Assembly (NCBI RefSeq): GCF_055900595.2 | Contig: NZ_CM148325.1 | DNA: 64,000 nucleotides | Strand: one strand, 5' to 3' | Shown here: piece by piece, positions 10,221-21,877 of the stretch | Numbering within the stretch: position 1 is the first letter of the stretch | How the letters are laid out: each line of letters starts with the position of its first letter | Notes under the pieces: model-generated | Told to the model about the DNA's origin: nothing | Database searches by the model: none | Seen by the model: the letters and a program-made list of their open reading frames with translations, nothing else | Position numbers and translations under genes: made by a program

Positions 10221-10739
10221 ATGGTAGATAAACGCGAATCCTATACAAAAGAAGACCTTCTTGCCTCTGGTCGCGGTGAACTGTTTGGCGCTAAAGGCCC
10301 GCAATTGCCAGCACCGAACATGCTGATGATGGACCGTGTGGTCAAAATGACCGAAACGGGTGGTAACTTCGACAAAGGGTATGTTGAAGCAGAACTGGAT
10401 ATCAATCCGGATCTGTGGTTCTTCGGATGCCACTTCATTGGCGATCCGGTTATGCCGGGATGCCTGGGCCTGGACGCAATGTGGCAGCTGGTAGGGTTCT
10501 ACCTCGGCTGGCTGGGCGGCGAAGGTAAAGGCCGCGCACTGGGTGTTGGCGAAGTGAAATTCACTGGTCAGGTTCTGCCGACAGCAAAAAAAGTGACCTA
10601 CCGTATTCACTTTAAACGCATTGTTAATCGTCGTCTGATTATGGGTCTGGCAGATGGCGAAGTGCTGGTTGATGGTCGTCTGATCTATACCGCCAGCGAC
10701 CTGAAAGTCGGTCTGTTCCAGGATACGTCTGCCTTCTGA
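10221..10739 (+). CDS. fabA: 3-hydroxydecanoyl-ACP dehydratase/isomerase
   Basis: ATG 10221 [48 protein letters not shown]...[21 protein letters not shown]..., 172 aa; ORF track 10023.. is an upstream extension. Confidence 0.95.
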
Positions 10740-10766
10740 TTGAAATCAGACAGAGTATAAATAGGC

Positions 10767-10796
10767 GAAACCTCCGCAATGCGGAGGTTTCTTTTT
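10767..10796. terminator. Bidirectional intrinsic terminator between convergent fabA and rmf
   Basis: GAAACCTCCGCAATGCGGAGGTTTCTTTTT: stem CCTCCGC/GCGGAGG with A-run on one side and T-run on the other. Confidence 0.65.
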
Positions 10797-10808
10797 AAAG
10801 AGACAGAA

Positions 10809-10976
10809 TCAGGCCATTACTACCCTGTCCGCCATGGCTTCTCGCCAGCCTCCCAGCCATTGTGACCTTTGATTCAGCGTCTGATAGGGACACATTTCTT
10901 TTGAGCGTCCGGCGATGCCGGCCTGATAACCACGTTGATGTGCCCGTTCCAGGCGATCTCGTTTTTGTCTCTTCAT
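10809..10976 (-). CDS. rmf: Ribosome modulation factor
   Basis: Reverse-strand translation MKRQKRDRLERAHQRGYQAGIAGRSKEMCPYQTLNQRSQWLGGWREAMADRVVMA (55 aa); missing from the ORF track, which reports a spurious overlapping ORF in another frame. Confidence 0.93.
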   Translation of the reverse strand: MKRQKRDRLERAHQRGYQAGIAGRSKEMCPYQTLNQRSQWLGGWREAMADRVVMA

Positions 10977-11231
10977 GCCTCGTTTCCCTCATACTGGTTT
11001 CTGGTGGAAAAGAAAACAGTGATTACTAAATGTGCAATCACAGTTAAGCAATACCGCGAATCATAACTGCCGTCAATGCGCAAAATTCACGCCACTGTCA
11101 TATTTGTGAGCTACACGGGCATGTCGGTTGTACAAAAAATGTGAAGAGGAACAACTTTTTCCGCACGTTAGAAACAAAAAAACCGCCTCAGGCTACATAC
11201 CGGAGACGGTCATATTTACAAATCTTTATAA

Positions 11232-11795
11232 TTAAGGTAGACGCTTTATCTCTTGCGCAATAGAAGCGGCTTCCTGACTCCAGACACTGGCCAGCACCTT
11301 AACCATCTCATCGTAACCATCCTGAGTTTGCACTCCTTCCAGACGGAACGGACGTTTGATCAGTTGTCCCTGGTGGTTCAACAGCCACTCACCACTGACA
11401 ATGACCTTGCCATCATAGCGACCGTTAAACTCCGTTACGGTAACATTGAGCGTGTCCTGGGCGCTTCCCAGAGGCTGGGAGGCAACCACCCAGCCGGGCA
11501 GTTGCCTGGTCAGGTTGGCAACCAGTGTATTGCGCAACTGTTGATCCAGCGGGCTGGCCCACAAGTTGTTGTTGGCAATCACATACTTCACATCACTGGT
11601 TTGATAAACCACACCATTCCCCGCCAGATAATCGGGAACAGCGACCTGCTCGACCCATAACAGGTGATTACCCTGGCTGGCGGTACTTTGTGTACCGCTC
11701 TGCACCACAGGTAGCTGGTAATAGTTTTTATTGATCTCGCCGGAGCTGCATCCGGCCAGCCACAGTGCCGCAATCGTTACTAGCCACTTTTTCAT
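11232..11795 (-). CDS. pqiC: Paraquat-inducible lipoprotein PqiC (YmbA)
   Basis: 187-aa ORF MKKWLVTIAALWLAGCSSGE... with lipobox LAGC; start overlaps pqiB stop (ATGA). Confidence 0.9.
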   Translation of the reverse strand: MKKWLVTIAALWLAGCSSGEINKNYYQLPVVQSGTQSTASQGNHLLWVEQVAVPDYLAGNGVVYQTSDVKYVIANNNLWASPLDQQLRNTLVANLTRQLPGWVVASQPLGSAQDTLNVTVTEFNGRYDGKVIVSGEWLLNHQGQLIKRPFRLEGVQTQDGYDEMVKVLASVWSQEAASIAQEIKRLP

Positions 11796-13432
11796 TGTTT
11801 CGCCCTCTTCGGCTCTGGATCTTTTTTGTCCTTCGCTTCAAATACCAGCGCGTTACTCTTCTCGTTGAGCGTTTTCAGCACCGGCTGCAGTTCACGCAAC
11901 ACCTGATCAAGGCGCTGCATATCCGCCACCATCTTGTTGTAGGCTGCGGAGCCAGGCTGGAAGCCCTGCATACTGCGATTCAACTCACGTAATGTGGACT
12001 GCATATCGGTCGGCAACTGCTGCATCGACTGGCTGGCGAGGATCTTGTTCATGCTATCCAGCGTCGTTTGCAGGTTTTTCATGGTGCGCTGACTTTCAGA
12101 AAGCGTACTGGTCGCCTGCTCAATCATCGGATTCAATGGCAGTTTGTTGATCTTATCCAACGCTTCCATCAGACGCTGCTGGATTTGCGCCAGGCCACCG
12201 CTAACGGTCGGGATAATCTGATAACCATTAAACTCACGAATACCGGTAATAGCAGGGCTATTTGGATAGAAATCGAGATCAACATACAGTGCGCCAGTGA
12301 CCAGATTTCCGGTCTTCAGCGATCCGCGTAAACCACGTTTCAACAATTCGCCAAGGTGCTCAACAACATCCGCATTTTCACCAAGCTGCATTTTCAGCCG
12401 CTCTGGTTCGATACGAATCAGTACCGGAATTCGGTAATCATCGTTAAATGTCTGCCGCATATTCGGCGCAAAGAACGGTACTTTGCTTACGGTACCCAGG
12501 CGAATACCCCGGAATTCTACCGGAGCTCCCGGTTGCAGACCGCGTACCGAATCTTTAAAGAACATCAGATAATCAATGTGATCGGTGTACAACGAATCCT
12601 GAATGCTCTTCTGATCATCATACAAAACGAAAGCTGTTTTCGGTGCCACCGGCTGCCCTAAATCCAGACCTTCCGGCACATCAAAGCTGACACCGCCACT
12701 AAGCAGCGTTGTCAATGAGCCCATCTCCACACGCATTCCCGCTGACGTCAAATCAACCGCAATGCCACTATCTTTCCAGAAGCGAACATTGCTGGTCACC
12801 AGTCGGTCATAAGGTGCATTGATGAACAGTTGATAGCTGATATTGCGTTTTTGCGTATCAAAAGTGCTGGTTTCAACCGAACCTACCCGATAGCCACGGA
12901 ACAGCACCGGATCTCCTGGCGAGAGCTGCCCGGCTTTTTTACTATCGAGAATCACACGGATACCTTTTGCATCAGGCGGGGCCAACGGTGGAGAATCCAG
13001 CAAATCGTATTTATCCATTTTGCTGCCTTTCGCACCTGGTTGCAGTTCGATATATACCCCAGACAGCAGCGTACCCAGACCGCTAATCCCTTCTCGACCA
13101 ATCTGCGGTTTTACCACCCAAAAGACGGTATCTTTATGCAGCAATTTTTCCATACCGGAATTCAGCCGCGCTTTGATTTCAACGTGCGTCAAATCATCAG
13201 CCAGTGTGGCGCTTTCAACCACGCCGACGTCAACGCTACGGCTTTTAATGGTGGTTTTACCACCTTCTATTCCTTCCGCATTCGCGGTGATCAGGGTCAC
13301 TTCCGGCCCCTGATGGCTGTAATGATAAAAAAGAACCCAGGCCCCAATGAGCGCCGTGACGATAGGAAATATCCACACGGGAGACCAGTTCTTCACTTTC
13401 TGGATTTTGGCTTCCCCATTATTAGATTCCAT
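11792..13432 (-). CDS. pqiB: MCE-domain intermembrane transport protein PqiB
   Basis: ORF 11792..13492; canonical ATG at 13432 (MESNNGEAKIQKVKNWSPVWIFPIVTALIG...) gives 546 aa. Confidence 0.9.
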   Translation of the reverse strand: MESNNGEAKIQKVKNWSPVWIFPIVTALIGAWVLFYHYSHQGPEVTLITANAEGIEGGKTTIKSRSVDVGVVESATLADDLTHVEIKARLNSGMEKLLHKDTVFWVVKPQIGREGISGLGTLLSGVYIELQPGAKGSKMDKYDLLDSPPLAPPDAKGIRVILDSKKAGQLSPGDPVLFRGYRVGSVETSTFDTQKRNISYQLFINAPYDRLVTSNVRFWKDSGIAVDLTSAGMRVEMGSLTTLLSGGVSFDVPEGLDLGQPVAPKTAFVLYDDQKSIQDSLYTDHIDYLMFFKDSVRGLQPGAPVEFRGIRLGTVSKVPFFAPNMRQTFNDDYRIPVLIRIEPERLKMQLGENADVVEHLGELLKRGLRGSLKTGNLVTGALYVDLDFYPNSPAITGIREFNGYQIIPTVSGGLAQIQQRLMEALDKINKLPLNPMIEQATSTLSESQRTMKNLQTTLDSMNKILASQSMQQLPTDMQSTLRELNRSMQGFQPGSAAYNKMVADMQRLDQVLRELQPVLKTLNEKSNALVFEAKDKKDPEPKRAKQ

Positions 13433-13436
13433 ACTG

Positions 13437-14690
13437 TCAGGACTCCTCATGCTCTGATTCAGGTTGACGATCCCACGACAAACGCGGGTCAAACGTCATA
13501 GCAGAAAACATTGTCATTATGACGACTAAAGCAAACATTAATGCACCCATTGCCGGATAAATACTCATTAAACCTCCCATACGCACCAGCGCCGAGAGCA
13601 CCGCGATGACGAAAACGTCAATCATCGACCAGCGGCCTACAAACTCAACAACTTCATAAATCAAATGCATTCTTTCACTGTCGCGCTTGCCATGCCCTTT
13701 GGCATCCCAACACAACCACGCGATGGCGATCATCTTTAACGTTGGCACCATAATACTGGCCAGAAAGATAACCGCAGCGACGGGATAAGAGCCTTCGCTC
13801 CATAACAGAATAACCCCGGCGAGAATCGTCGACGGCATCTTCGAGCCTAATAAATCCGTCACCATGATGGGCAAAATATTAGCCGGCAGATACAACATGA
13901 TGGACGTAACAAGCAGTGCGAGTGTCCACTGCAGGCTGTTTCTACGACGAACATACCCTTTGGTACTACAGCGCGGACACACAGGTTCATCAGCAGGAAG
14001 GATTGCCGTGCAACAGGAGCACGAACGCAGCCCCTGGCGTATCCCCGTGACGCCCGGTTTTAGCGGCTGGCGCAGTTCTGGCATTGGGGCGATATCGTCC
14101 CATAACCAGCGACGATCAACGCACTGAAAGGCGCGCAGTTGCAGGATACAAAATAAACACCAGGGGAGAAAGCTGCTGCCTACACCAATGCTGCCGTAGG
14201 CCATCAGTTTAACGAAACTCACCAGCACACCCGCGAGGAAAATCTCCGCCATTCCCCATGTTTTGAGTTGAAAAAGCACCCGTGCCAGTTGCTCTTTTAA
14301 ACGGACCGGTAATTGTGCGCGATTAACCAGTAACAGAATAGTTATCAGGCAAAACGCGGGAACCAGTTGCACAAACAACAGGAAAAAGGTGCCGAGGCTG
14401 GCGTAGTCCTCAGAAAAAAGCACGCCGGGAATTTCCAGTAATGTAATTTCACTGGTGACTCCCGCAACGTTCATATTCACAAAAGGAAACAAGTTGGACA
14501 GCAACAGCATGAACAATGCAGCCAACGCATAGGCGGTAGGACGCTGCCGAGGGGCATCCCACGCCACGGTTAACGTTGTGCCACACCGGGGACATGCCGC
14601 TTTCTGACCATGCTCAAGGCGCGGTAACGCCACCAGCATGTCACACTGCGAGCACAGGATGTGCTTCGCGGCATGATGATGTTCGCACAT
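13437..14690 (-). CDS. pqiA: Paraquat-inducible inner membrane protein PqiA
   Basis: 417-aa ORF MCEHHHAAKHILCSQCDMLVALPRLEHGQKAACPRCGTTLT... with Cys-rich motifs and multiple TM segments. Confidence 0.9.
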   Translation of the reverse strand: MCEHHHAAKHILCSQCDMLVALPRLEHGQKAACPRCGTTLTVAWDAPRQRPTAYALAALFMLLLSNLFPFVNMNVAGVTSEITLLEIPGVLFSEDYASLGTFFLLFVQLVPAFCLITILLLVNRAQLPVRLKEQLARVLFQLKTWGMAEIFLAGVLVSFVKLMAYGSIGVGSSFLPWCLFCILQLRAFQCVDRRWLWDDIAPMPELRQPLKPGVTGIRQGLRSCSCCTAILPADEPVCPRCSTKGYVRRRNSLQWTLALLVTSIMLYLPANILPIMVTDLLGSKMPSTILAGVILLWSEGSYPVAAVIFLASIMVPTLKMIAIAWLCWDAKGHGKRDSERMHLIYEVVEFVGRWSMIDVFVIAVLSALVRMGGLMSIYPAMGALMFALVVIMTMFSAMTFDPRLSWDRQPESEHEES

Positions 14691-14819
14691 TGGTACTCCT
14701 TAATGATGCGCTATTTTACAGATGACTAACAAAGTGTTGGTTTTCATGCCTGATAAACCCAGTGCATCAGGCAATTTTACCGTTGTCAGCTGTCTCTGTT
14801 TAAATCGACTATTTTGCGA

Positions 14820-16727
14820 TCAGCCACCATTTTTTAACGCTTCAAGATACTCCCAGCGTTCAAAGGCTTGCTCCAGCTCCTGCTCTGCAGCAGCCATATC
14901 GGCGAGCACTTTTTGTGTCTGCTCATGCGGCTGACTGAAGAAGGAAGCATCCGCCACCTGCGTCTGTAGGGCTTCCAGCTTCGCCTCCAGATCTTCGAGC
15001 AATTGCGGTAGCTGCTCCAGTTCGCGCTGCAATTTATAGCTTAGTTTGCTACTGCTGCGTTTTACAGTTTCTGCTTTTGGCACGGCGGTTTCTTCGGTTT
15101 TTTTCACCGCAGGCTGTTTGAGCGCCACATACTGTTCTTGCTGACCACGGGCATCATGATAACCGCCGACATAACGACCAATTTTACCGCCACCTTCGAA
15201 GATCCAGCATTCTGTAACCGTGTTATCGACAAACTGACGATCGTGGCTCACCAGCAATACCGTGCCCTGGTAGCTGTCGATCAGTTCTTCCAGCAATTCC
15301 AGCGTTTCGACATCAAGGTCGTTGGTCGGTTCGTCAAGAATCAATAAGTTGCTTGGTTTGAGGAACAAACGCGCCAGCAGCAAGCGGTTACGCTCACCGC
15401 CAGATAGCGCACGTACCGGCGTCATCGCCCGTTTCGGATGGAACAGGAAGTCCTGCAAATAACCCAGTACATGGCGTGGTTTGCCGTTAACCATCACTTC
15501 TTGTTTGCCTTCGGCCAGGTTATCCATCACCGTTTTATCGGGATCCAGTTCCGCGCGGTGCTGATCGAAATAAGCCACTTCCAGTTTGGTGCCAACGTGA
15601 ATACGCCCGCTGTCCGCCTGAAGCTGACCGAGCATCAGTTTCAGCAGCGTGGTTTTGCCGCATCCATTCGGACCAATCAGGGCAATTTTGTCGCCACGTA
15701 GAACCTGGGCAGAAAAATCTTTCACCAGTTGCTTACCGTCAACCTGGTAGCAAACGTCTTCCATTTCGAAAACGATCTTACCGGAGCGGCTGGCCTCTTC
15801 CACCTGCATCTTTGCGGTACCCATCACTTCGCGACGTTCGCCACGCTCGCGACGCATTGCTTTCAGGGCGCGTACGCGGCCTTCATTACGGGTACGGCGT
15901 GCTTTGATCCCCTGGCGGATCCACACCTCTTCCTGCGCCAGTTTGCGATCGAACTCGGCATTTTGTAGTTCTTCCACGCGCAGGGCTTCTTCTTTTTCCA
16001 GCAGGTACTGGTCGTAATTCCCAGGATAGGTCACCAACTTGCCGCGATCGAGATCAACAATGCGCGTCGCCATGTTGCGAATAAATGAACGGTCGTGGGA
16101 GATGAAAATAATCGTCCCATTGAAAGTTTTGAGGAATCCTTCCAGCCAGTCGATGGTTTCGATATCAAGGTGGTTCGTCGGTTCGTCGAGCAACAACACG
16201 CGCGGATTGCTCACCAGTGCGCGTCCTAATGCCGCTTTACGCAACCAGCCGCCGGAAAGCGACGACAGCGCAACGTTAGGATCTAACCCCAGCTGTGCCA
16301 GCACTTCGTTGATGCGGTTTTCCAGCTGCCACAGGTTGTGGTGATCCAACTGTTCCTGAACCTTCGCCAGTTCGTTGAGATTTTTCTCGCTCGGGTCGTT
16401 CATCACCAGGCGCGAAATATCGTGATAGCGTTTCAGGTATTCCGCTTGTTCTTCAATGCCTTCGGCAACGAAATCATAAACGCTACCCTCAACGTTACGC
16501 GGCGGATCCTGTTGCAGACGAGCGACAATCAAATCTTGCTCGTAAATAATGCGACCGTCATCCAGCCCTTGTTCACGGTTGAGGATTTTCATTAACGTCG
16601 ATTTGCCTGCGCCGTTACGCCCCACCAGACAAACACGTTCGTTATCTTCGATATGCAGTTCTGCGTTATCGAGAAGCGGCGCGTCGCTGAACGACAGCCA
16701 TGCGCCATGCATACTGATTAATGACAT
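14820..16727 (-). CDS. uup: ABC-F family ATPase Uup
   Basis: 635-aa ORF MSLISMHGAWLSFSDAPLLDNAELHIEDNERVCLVGRNGAGKSTLMKIL...; two ABC cassettes (Walker A GRNGAGKST and GPNGCGKTT, signature LSGG). Confidence 0.93.
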   Translation of the reverse strand: MSLISMHGAWLSFSDAPLLDNAELHIEDNERVCLVGRNGAGKSTLMKILNREQGLDDGRIIYEQDLIVARLQQDPPRNVEGSVYDFVAEGIEEQAEYLKRYHDISRLVMNDPSEKNLNELAKVQEQLDHHNLWQLENRINEVLAQLGLDPNVALSSLSGGWLRKAALGRALVSNPRVLLLDEPTNHLDIETIDWLEGFLKTFNGTIIFISHDRSFIRNMATRIVDLDRGKLVTYPGNYDQYLLEKEEALRVEELQNAEFDRKLAQEEVWIRQGIKARRTRNEGRVRALKAMRRERGERREVMGTAKMQVEEASRSGKIVFEMEDVCYQVDGKQLVKDFSAQVLRGDKIALIGPNGCGKTTLLKLMLGQLQADSGRIHVGTKLEVAYFDQHRAELDPDKTVMDNLAEGKQEVMVNGKPRHVLGYLQDFLFHPKRAMTPVRALSGGERNRLLLARLFLKPSNLLILDEPTNDLDVETLELLEELIDSYQGTVLLVSHDRQFVDNTVTECWIFEGGGKIGRYVGGYHDARGQQEQYVALKQPAVKKTEETAVPKAETVKRSSSKLSYKLQRELEQLPQLLEDLEAKLEALQTQVADASFFSQPHEQTQKVLADMAAAEQELEQAFERWEYLEALKNGG

Positions 16728-16738
16728 TACTATTCCTT

Positions 16739-18847
16739 TCAGGCTGCGGTAATCAGCCAGCAGTTGTGGATCTGGCGGTTACGGGCGAAATCCTGGGAGA
16801 GCGTTTTTTGCGTAATTTCTTGTGCTTTCAGCCCCAGTTTTGCCAGTCCGTCAAGATCCATACGGAAGCCACGTTTGTTGTTCGAGAACATGATCGTCCC
16901 ACCAGCACGCAGCAGACGTTTCAAATCTTTCATCAGCGCCAGATGATCGCGCTGAACATCAAACGCATCTTCCATTCGTTTTGAGTTAGAGAAGGTTGGC
17001 GGATCAATAAAGATCAGATCGAACTGTTCATTTGCCTCACGCAGCCATGCCAGGCAATCGGCCTGAATCAGGCGATGCGCACGCCCGGTTAGGCCATTCA
17101 GACGCAGGTTGCGTTCTGCCCACTCCAGATAAGTACGCGACATATCCACGGTGGTAGTGCTGCGTGCACCGCCTAATCCCGCATGCACGGTGGCGCTGCC
17201 GGTATATGAGAACAGGTTGAGGAAATCTTTGCCTTTGCTCATCTGACCGAGCATACGACGGGCGATACGGTGATCGAGGAACAGACCGGTATCGAGGTAA
17301 TCCGTCAGGTTCACCCACAAGTGAGCGTTATATTCGGTGACTTCGAGAAACTCGCCCTTCTCGCCCAGTTTCTGGTACTGATTTTTGCCCTTCTGGCGTT
17401 CACGGGTTTTCAGCACCAGTTTGTTTGGCGCAATCCCCAGTACAGAAATGGTTGCAGCGATAATATCGAACAGACGCTGACGCGCTTTGTGCGCATCAAT
17501 AGTTTTTGGCGGCGCATACTCCTGCACTACCACCCAGTCGGCATAACGGTCAACGGCAACGTTATACTCCGGCAGATCGGCATCATACAGGCGATAACAT
17601 TCAATCCCTTCCTGACGTGCCCACTTCTCGAATTTTTTGAGGTTCTTACGCAGGCGGTTGGCGTAGTCTTCCGCTACCATTGCCGGTTTGCTGTCTGGTG
17701 TGCTTTCGGCAACGTGATAATTTTTCTGTACGCAGTCCAGCGGGCCGTTTTTCGCCTTGTACTGTTTGTCTGCACGCAGCTGCAGGCAGCTTAGCAGATC
17801 CGGCGAGGCACTAAACAAAGAGAGATTCCAGCCACCGAACTGGTTTTTCATGATTCGGCCCAGCAGGCTATGCAGTGCAATCAGCGCCGGTTCGCTGTCC
17901 AGACGTTCACCGTATGGCGGGTTGCTCAACACTGTACCGTACGGCCCTTTCGGCAGCGGATTGGTCAGTTGCGCAACATCTTTCACCTCAAAGGTAATCA
18001 GTTCACCAATCCCCGCAAGACGTGCGTTAGTGCGCGCACGTTGAATCACCCGGGCGTCGCTGTCCGAACCGTAAAAATGAGAGCTATACTCAGCCAGGCC
18101 TTTACGGGCGCGAGTTTGCGCTTCCGCTTTCACTTCCTGCCAGATAGCTTCATCATGCTGCGCCCAGCCGCTAAAGCCCCAACGCCCACGGTGCAAACCT
18201 GGTGCGCGATCGGTCGCCAGCATCGCAGCTTCAATCAGCAACGTACCAGAACCACACATTGGATCAAGCAGCGGTGTTCCCGGCTGCCAGCCGGATCGCA
18301 TCACAATCGCGGCTGCCAGGGTTTCTTTGATCGGCGCAATACCAGCACGATCGCGATAGCCACGCAGATGTAAACCATCACCACTGAGATCAAGGGCGAT
18401 ACTGGCAGTTTCTTTATGCAGCCAGACGTTAACGCGGATATCCGGCGCATCGCGATCAACATTTGGACGCGGCAAATTTTTCCGCGTGAAAGCATCGACG
18501 ATCGCGTCTTTCACTTTCATCGCGCCGTACTGGCTGTTGCGAATGGTGTCATTTAAACCACTGAAATGGACAGCGAAGGTCGCGCCAGGATTAAACATCT
18601 CTGTCCAGTTGATCGCCTGAACGCCGAGATAGAGGTCTAAATCACTATAAACCTTACACTCGCCCAGCGGCAACATAATACGCGAGGCCAGGCGGCTCCA
18701 CATCAGGCTCTGGTAAACAAGCCGTGTGTCGCCCTTAAAATGGACCCCACCCTGAACCACCTGGCATTCAACGGCCCCCAGGTTTTCCAGTTCAGTTTTT
18801 AACAGCTCTTCCAGCCCACGGGCCGTACTGGCAAACAGAGAATTCAT
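16739..18847 (-). CDS. rlmL: 23S rRNA m2G2445/m7G2069 methyltransferase RlmKL
   Basis: 702-aa [28 protein letters not shown]...; 11 bp upstream of uup in the same orientation (operon). Confidence 0.93.
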   Translation of the reverse strand: MNSLFASTARGLEELLKTELENLGAVECQVVQGGVHFKGDTRLVYQSLMWSRLASRIMLPLGECKVYSDLDLYLGVQAINWTEMFNPGATFAVHFSGLNDTIRNSQYGAMKVKDAIVDAFTRKNLPRPNVDRDAPDIRVNVWLHKETASIALDLSGDGLHLRGYRDRAGIAPIKETLAAAIVMRSGWQPGTPLLDPMCGSGTLLIEAAMLATDRAPGLHRGRWGFSGWAQHDEAIWQEVKAEAQTRARKGLAEYSSHFYGSDSDARVIQRARTNARLAGIGELITFEVKDVAQLTNPLPKGPYGTVLSNPPYGERLDSEPALIALHSLLGRIMKNQFGGWNLSLFSASPDLLSCLQLRADKQYKAKNGPLDCVQKNYHVAESTPDSKPAMVAEDYANRLRKNLKKFEKWARQEGIECYRLYDADLPEYNVAVDRYADWVVVQEYAPPKTIDAHKARQRLFDIIAATISVLGIAPNKLVLKTRERQKGKNQYQKLGEKGEFLEVTEYNAHLWVNLTDYLDTGLFLDHRIARRMLGQMSKGKDFLNLFSYTGSATVHAGLGGARSTTTVDMSRTYLEWAERNLRLNGLTGRAHRLIQADCLAWLREANEQFDLIFIDPPTFSNSKRMEDAFDVQRDHLALMKDLKRLLRAGGTIMFSNNKRGFRMDLDGLAKLGLKAQEITQKTLSQDFARNRQIHNCWLITAA

Positions 18848-18944
18848 ATCGTCACTTTTACTCTAAGAAAATTGTTGCGCATTATAGCTAATAAGCGCGT
18901 CATGTCATAAAGTTGAGGGCTTATTTTCATTTGAGGACCGCACC

Positions 18945-20054
18945 GTGGCGACATTAACCCGGCTTTTTATTCATCCTGTTAAATCGATGCGCGGCATTGG
19001 TCTTACACATGCTCTGGCAGATGTCAGTGGTCTGGCCTTCGATCGCATCTTTATGATCACGGAACCTGACGGTACGTTTATTACCGCTCGCCAGTTTCCC
19101 CAGATGGTACGGTTTACTCCTTCACCTGTGCATGATGGCTTGCATCTCACCGCACCAGATGGCAGTAGCGCATATGTTCGTTTTGCTGATTTCGCCACAC
19201 AAGACGCACCAACCGAAGTTTGGGGCACACATTTTACCGCGCGAATTGCGCCAGACGCGATCAACAAATGGTTAAGTGGATTTTTCTCCCGCGAAGTGCA
19301 ATTGCGCTGGGTGGGGCCACAAATGACCCGGCGCGTGAAACGCCACAACACTGTACCTCTGTCATTTGCTGATGGCTATCCTTACCTTCTTGCTAACGAA
19401 GCCTCGTTACGTGATCTCCAACAACGTTGTCCGGCCAGTGTAAAAATGGAGCAATTCCGCCCCAATCTGGTGGTTTCCGGCGCGTCAGCCTGGGAAGAAG
19501 ATAGCTGGAAAGTGATTCGTATTGGTGATGTGGTGTTTGATGTGGTTAAGCCTTGCAGCCGCTGTATTTTCACCACCGTCAGTCCGGAAAAAGGACAAAA
19601 GCATCCGGCAGGTGAACCATTAAAAACATTGCAATCTTTCCGAACAGCCCAGGATAACGGCGATGTCGATTTTGGTCAGAATTTAATTGCCCGTAATAGT
19701 GGCGTGATTCGCGTTGGCGACGAGGTGGAAATTCTTGCAACGGCTCCGGCGAAAGTTTACGGCGCAGCTGCCGTGGACGATACCGTCGACGCCGCGCAGC
19801 AACCGGACGCAAATGTAGATATTGACTGGCAAGGGCAGGCATTTCGTGGAAATAACCAACAGGTGCTGCTGGAGCAATTAGAAAATCAGGGAATTCGTAT
19901 CCCTTATTCTTGCCGCGCGGGCATTTGTGGAAGCTGCCGTGTTCAGCTTTTAGAAGGCGAAGTCACACCCCTCAAAAAATCAGCAATCAGCAATGATGGC
20001 ACCATTCTTTGCTGTAGTTGTGTGCCGAAGACTGCGCTTAAACTAGCGCGTTAA
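18945..20054 (+). CDS. ycbX: MOSC-domain protein with C-terminal 2Fe-2S ferredoxin domain, YcbX
   Basis: 369-aa [23 protein letters not shown]... starting at GTG 18945; C-terminal [11 protein letters not shown] ferredoxin motif. Confidence 0.9.
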   Translation: MATLTRLFIHPVKSMRGIGLTHALADVSGLAFDRIFMITEPDGTFITARQFPQMVRFTPSPVHDGLHLTAPDGSSAYVRFADFATQDAPTEVWGTHFTARIAPDAINKWLSGFFSREVQLRWVGPQMTRRVKRHNTVPLSFADGYPYLLANEASLRDLQQRCPASVKMEQFRPNLVVSGASAWEEDSWKVIRIGDVVFDVVKPCSRCIFTTVSPEKGQKHPAGEPLKTLQSFRTAQDNGDVDFGQNLIARNSGVIRVGDEVEILATAPAKVYGAAAVDDTVDAAQQPDANVDIDWQGQAFRGNNQQVLLEQLENQGIRIPYSCRAGICGSCRVQLLEGEVTPLKKSAISNDGTILCCSCVPKTALKLAR

Positions 20055-20593
20055 ACTGCCTGTTCGAGGCTGAAACTGTCAACATTAACCTGCGGTTTCA
20101 GCCTGTCATTCATGATTTTGATGGCGTCCCCCAACTGCATCGCGCGACCCGCAATAACAACGCAGGGTTGTGCCAGCAGGCACAGTGCGGCATTTTCGCC
20201 AGATTCAACGACCAGCAAATTGACCTGCTCGTAAGTGTCGCTCAACCAAACGCAGGCCGCATCGCCCGGCATGGGCACCCACATTTCACCATGGGAAACA
20301 AAATGCCAGCTTTTCGGCATTTGTGGTTTGAGATAACGAATTGCTACCAGTGCATTGAGCACCAGTTCGGCTTTTTGTTCTTTGGATAAATTAAAATCGC
20401 GGCACTTTTCTTCAAACGAGAAATAGAGCGCGGCGTCGTCAACGCAAAAGCCTGCGGGAGAAAAGGCATCTGGAGTCAACATTTTGCGCGCAAAACGTGA
20501 GCGAAATAGCATACCATTGGCTAAATCGAGCATCATTCGATCGTGCTCTTCATCGTAATACCAACGCCAGTTATCGTCTGGTTTAATTCGCAT
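20051..20593 (-). CDS. zapC: FtsZ-associated cell division protein ZapC
   Basis: ORF 20051..20629; canonical ATG at 20593 ([27 protein letters not shown]...) gives 180 aa; 4-bp 3' overlap with ycbX. Confidence 0.9.
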   Translation of the reverse strand: MRIKPDDNWRWYYDEEHDRMMLDLANGMLFRSRFARKMLTPDAFSPAGFCVDDAALYFSFEEKCRDFNLSKEQKAELVLNALVAIRYLKPQMPKSWHFVSHGEMWVPMPGDAACVWLSDTYEQVNLLVVESGENAALCLLAQPCVVIAGRAMQLGDAIKIMNDRLKPQVNVDSFSLEQAV

Positions 20594-20697
20594 TTGCCTC
20601 TCCCCTACCCTATAAAACCGCAGCAACACAATCCATTGTCGCTTCGCTTAATAACCTCAACAATAAAAGTACAAAATGTCTAAATAAGCAACAGCGA

Positions 20698-20734
20698 TGA
20701 ATATAAAACAACCAGGGCTTAAAATAAAGCCCTG
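20698..20734 (-). terminator. Probable intrinsic terminator of pyrD
   Basis: Stem CAGGGCTT/AAGCCCTG (20713-20734) followed on the minus strand by a T-rich tract. Confidence 0.5.
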
Positions 20735-20766
20735 ATTATCTTATAAAGAGAAATTCAAAGAAATAA

Positions 20767-21777
20767 TTAGATATGGTTAACGATTTCTTTAATCAGCGGC
20801 GGTCCTTTAAAAATAAAACCAGAATAAATTTGCACCAGTGAGGCCCCCGCAGCAATCTTTTCACGCGCAGCAATAACCGAGTCAATGCCGCCAACACCGA
20901 TGATCGGTAAGCGACCGTTTAATTCCTGTGACAAGCGGCGAATAATTTCTGTGCTTTTTAACTGAAGCGGACGACCACTTAAGCCACCGGTTTGATCACA
21001 ATTTTTCATTCCCTGAACCAGAGAACGATCGAGCGTGGTATTGGTTGCAATAACGCCATCAATATTATGGCGAACTAAACTATCGGCAACCTGGATCAAT
21101 TCTTTTTCAGAAAGATCCGGCGCGATCTTCACTGCGATCGGCACATATTTATGGTGCATCGCTTGCAAATCATTTTGCTTATTTTTAATCGCGGTTAAGA
21201 GATCATCCAGCGCTTCGCCATATTGCAGTGTGCGTAGTCCTGGGGTATTCGGCGATGAAATATTGATGGCGATATATCCCGCATAAGCATAGATTTTTTC
21301 CATACAAATCAGATAGTCATCTTTACCCTGCTCCACCGGCGTATCTTTATTTTTGCCGATGTTAATACCCAGGACGCCATCATAATGGGCTTTTTTTACG
21401 TTCTCTACGAGGTTATCAACGCCAAGATTATTAAAGCCCATACGGTTGATCAAACCTTCGGCATCTACCAGACGAAAGAGACGCGGCTTGTCATTACCTG
21501 GCTGTGGACGTGGCGTGACGGTACCGATCTCGATAGATCCAAACCCCATCGCGCCTAACGCGTCAATGCACTCCCCGTCTTTATCAAGACCGGCTGCCAG
21601 ACCAAGCGGATTTTTAAACGTCAGGCCCATGCAGTTAACAGGTTTCGCAGGCACTTTCTGCCGCACCAGTGCTTCAAACGGCGTTCCGGTAATGCGGCGT
21701 AATTGCTGAAAAGTAAACTCATGAGCGCGCTCTGGATCGAGCTGGAAAAGGGCTTTACGAACGAAGGGGTAGTACAT
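20767..21777 (-). CDS. pyrD: Dihydroorotate dehydrogenase (quinone)
   Basis: ATG at 21777 [38 protein letters not shown]..., 336 aa; ORF track extends 9 codons upstream. Confidence 0.95.
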   Translation of the reverse strand: MYYPFVRKALFQLDPERAHEFTFQQLRRITGTPFEALVRQKVPAKPVNCMGLTFKNPLGLAAGLDKDGECIDALGAMGFGSIEIGTVTPRPQPGNDKPRLFRLVDAEGLINRMGFNNLGVDNLVENVKKAHYDGVLGINIGKNKDTPVEQGKDDYLICMEKIYAYAGYIAINISSPNTPGLRTLQYGEALDDLLTAIKNKQNDLQAMHHKYVPIAVKIAPDLSEKELIQVADSLVRHNIDGVIATNTTLDRSLVQGMKNCDQTGGLSGRPLQLKSTEIIRRLSQELNGRLPIIGVGGIDSVIAAREKIAAGASLVQIYSGFIFKGPPLIKEIVNHI

Positions 21778-21863
21778 GAACTCTCCTGGATTCCCGGTGT
21801 GCAAACCGGGGGCGTATTATGTGCGAGTTCGGACTAAAAGGGAATTGACCTGTGGCAAAAAAT

Positions 21864-21877
21864 AGCAAACGTTTTCT
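21864..21877. promoter_or_regulatory. PurR box upstream of pyrD
   Basis: AGCAAACGTTTTCT(T) matches the PurR operator core (ACGCAAACGTTTTCTT); 87-100 bp upstream of the pyrD ATG. Confidence 0.6.

Noticed and set aside
10795-10992. 65-aa minus-strand ORF from the ORF track (MRETRHEETKTRSPGTG...)
   Set aside because: Wrong frame; the same interval in another minus-strand frame encodes the 55-aa ribosome modulation factor Rmf exactly, which is annotated instead.
12830-13501. 223-aa plus-strand ORF (and others at 17270-17794, 17870-18373, 26756-27298, 28166-28735, 52435-52992)
   Set aside because: All lie antisense to or out of frame within pqiB, rlmL, pepN or msbA; no independent support.
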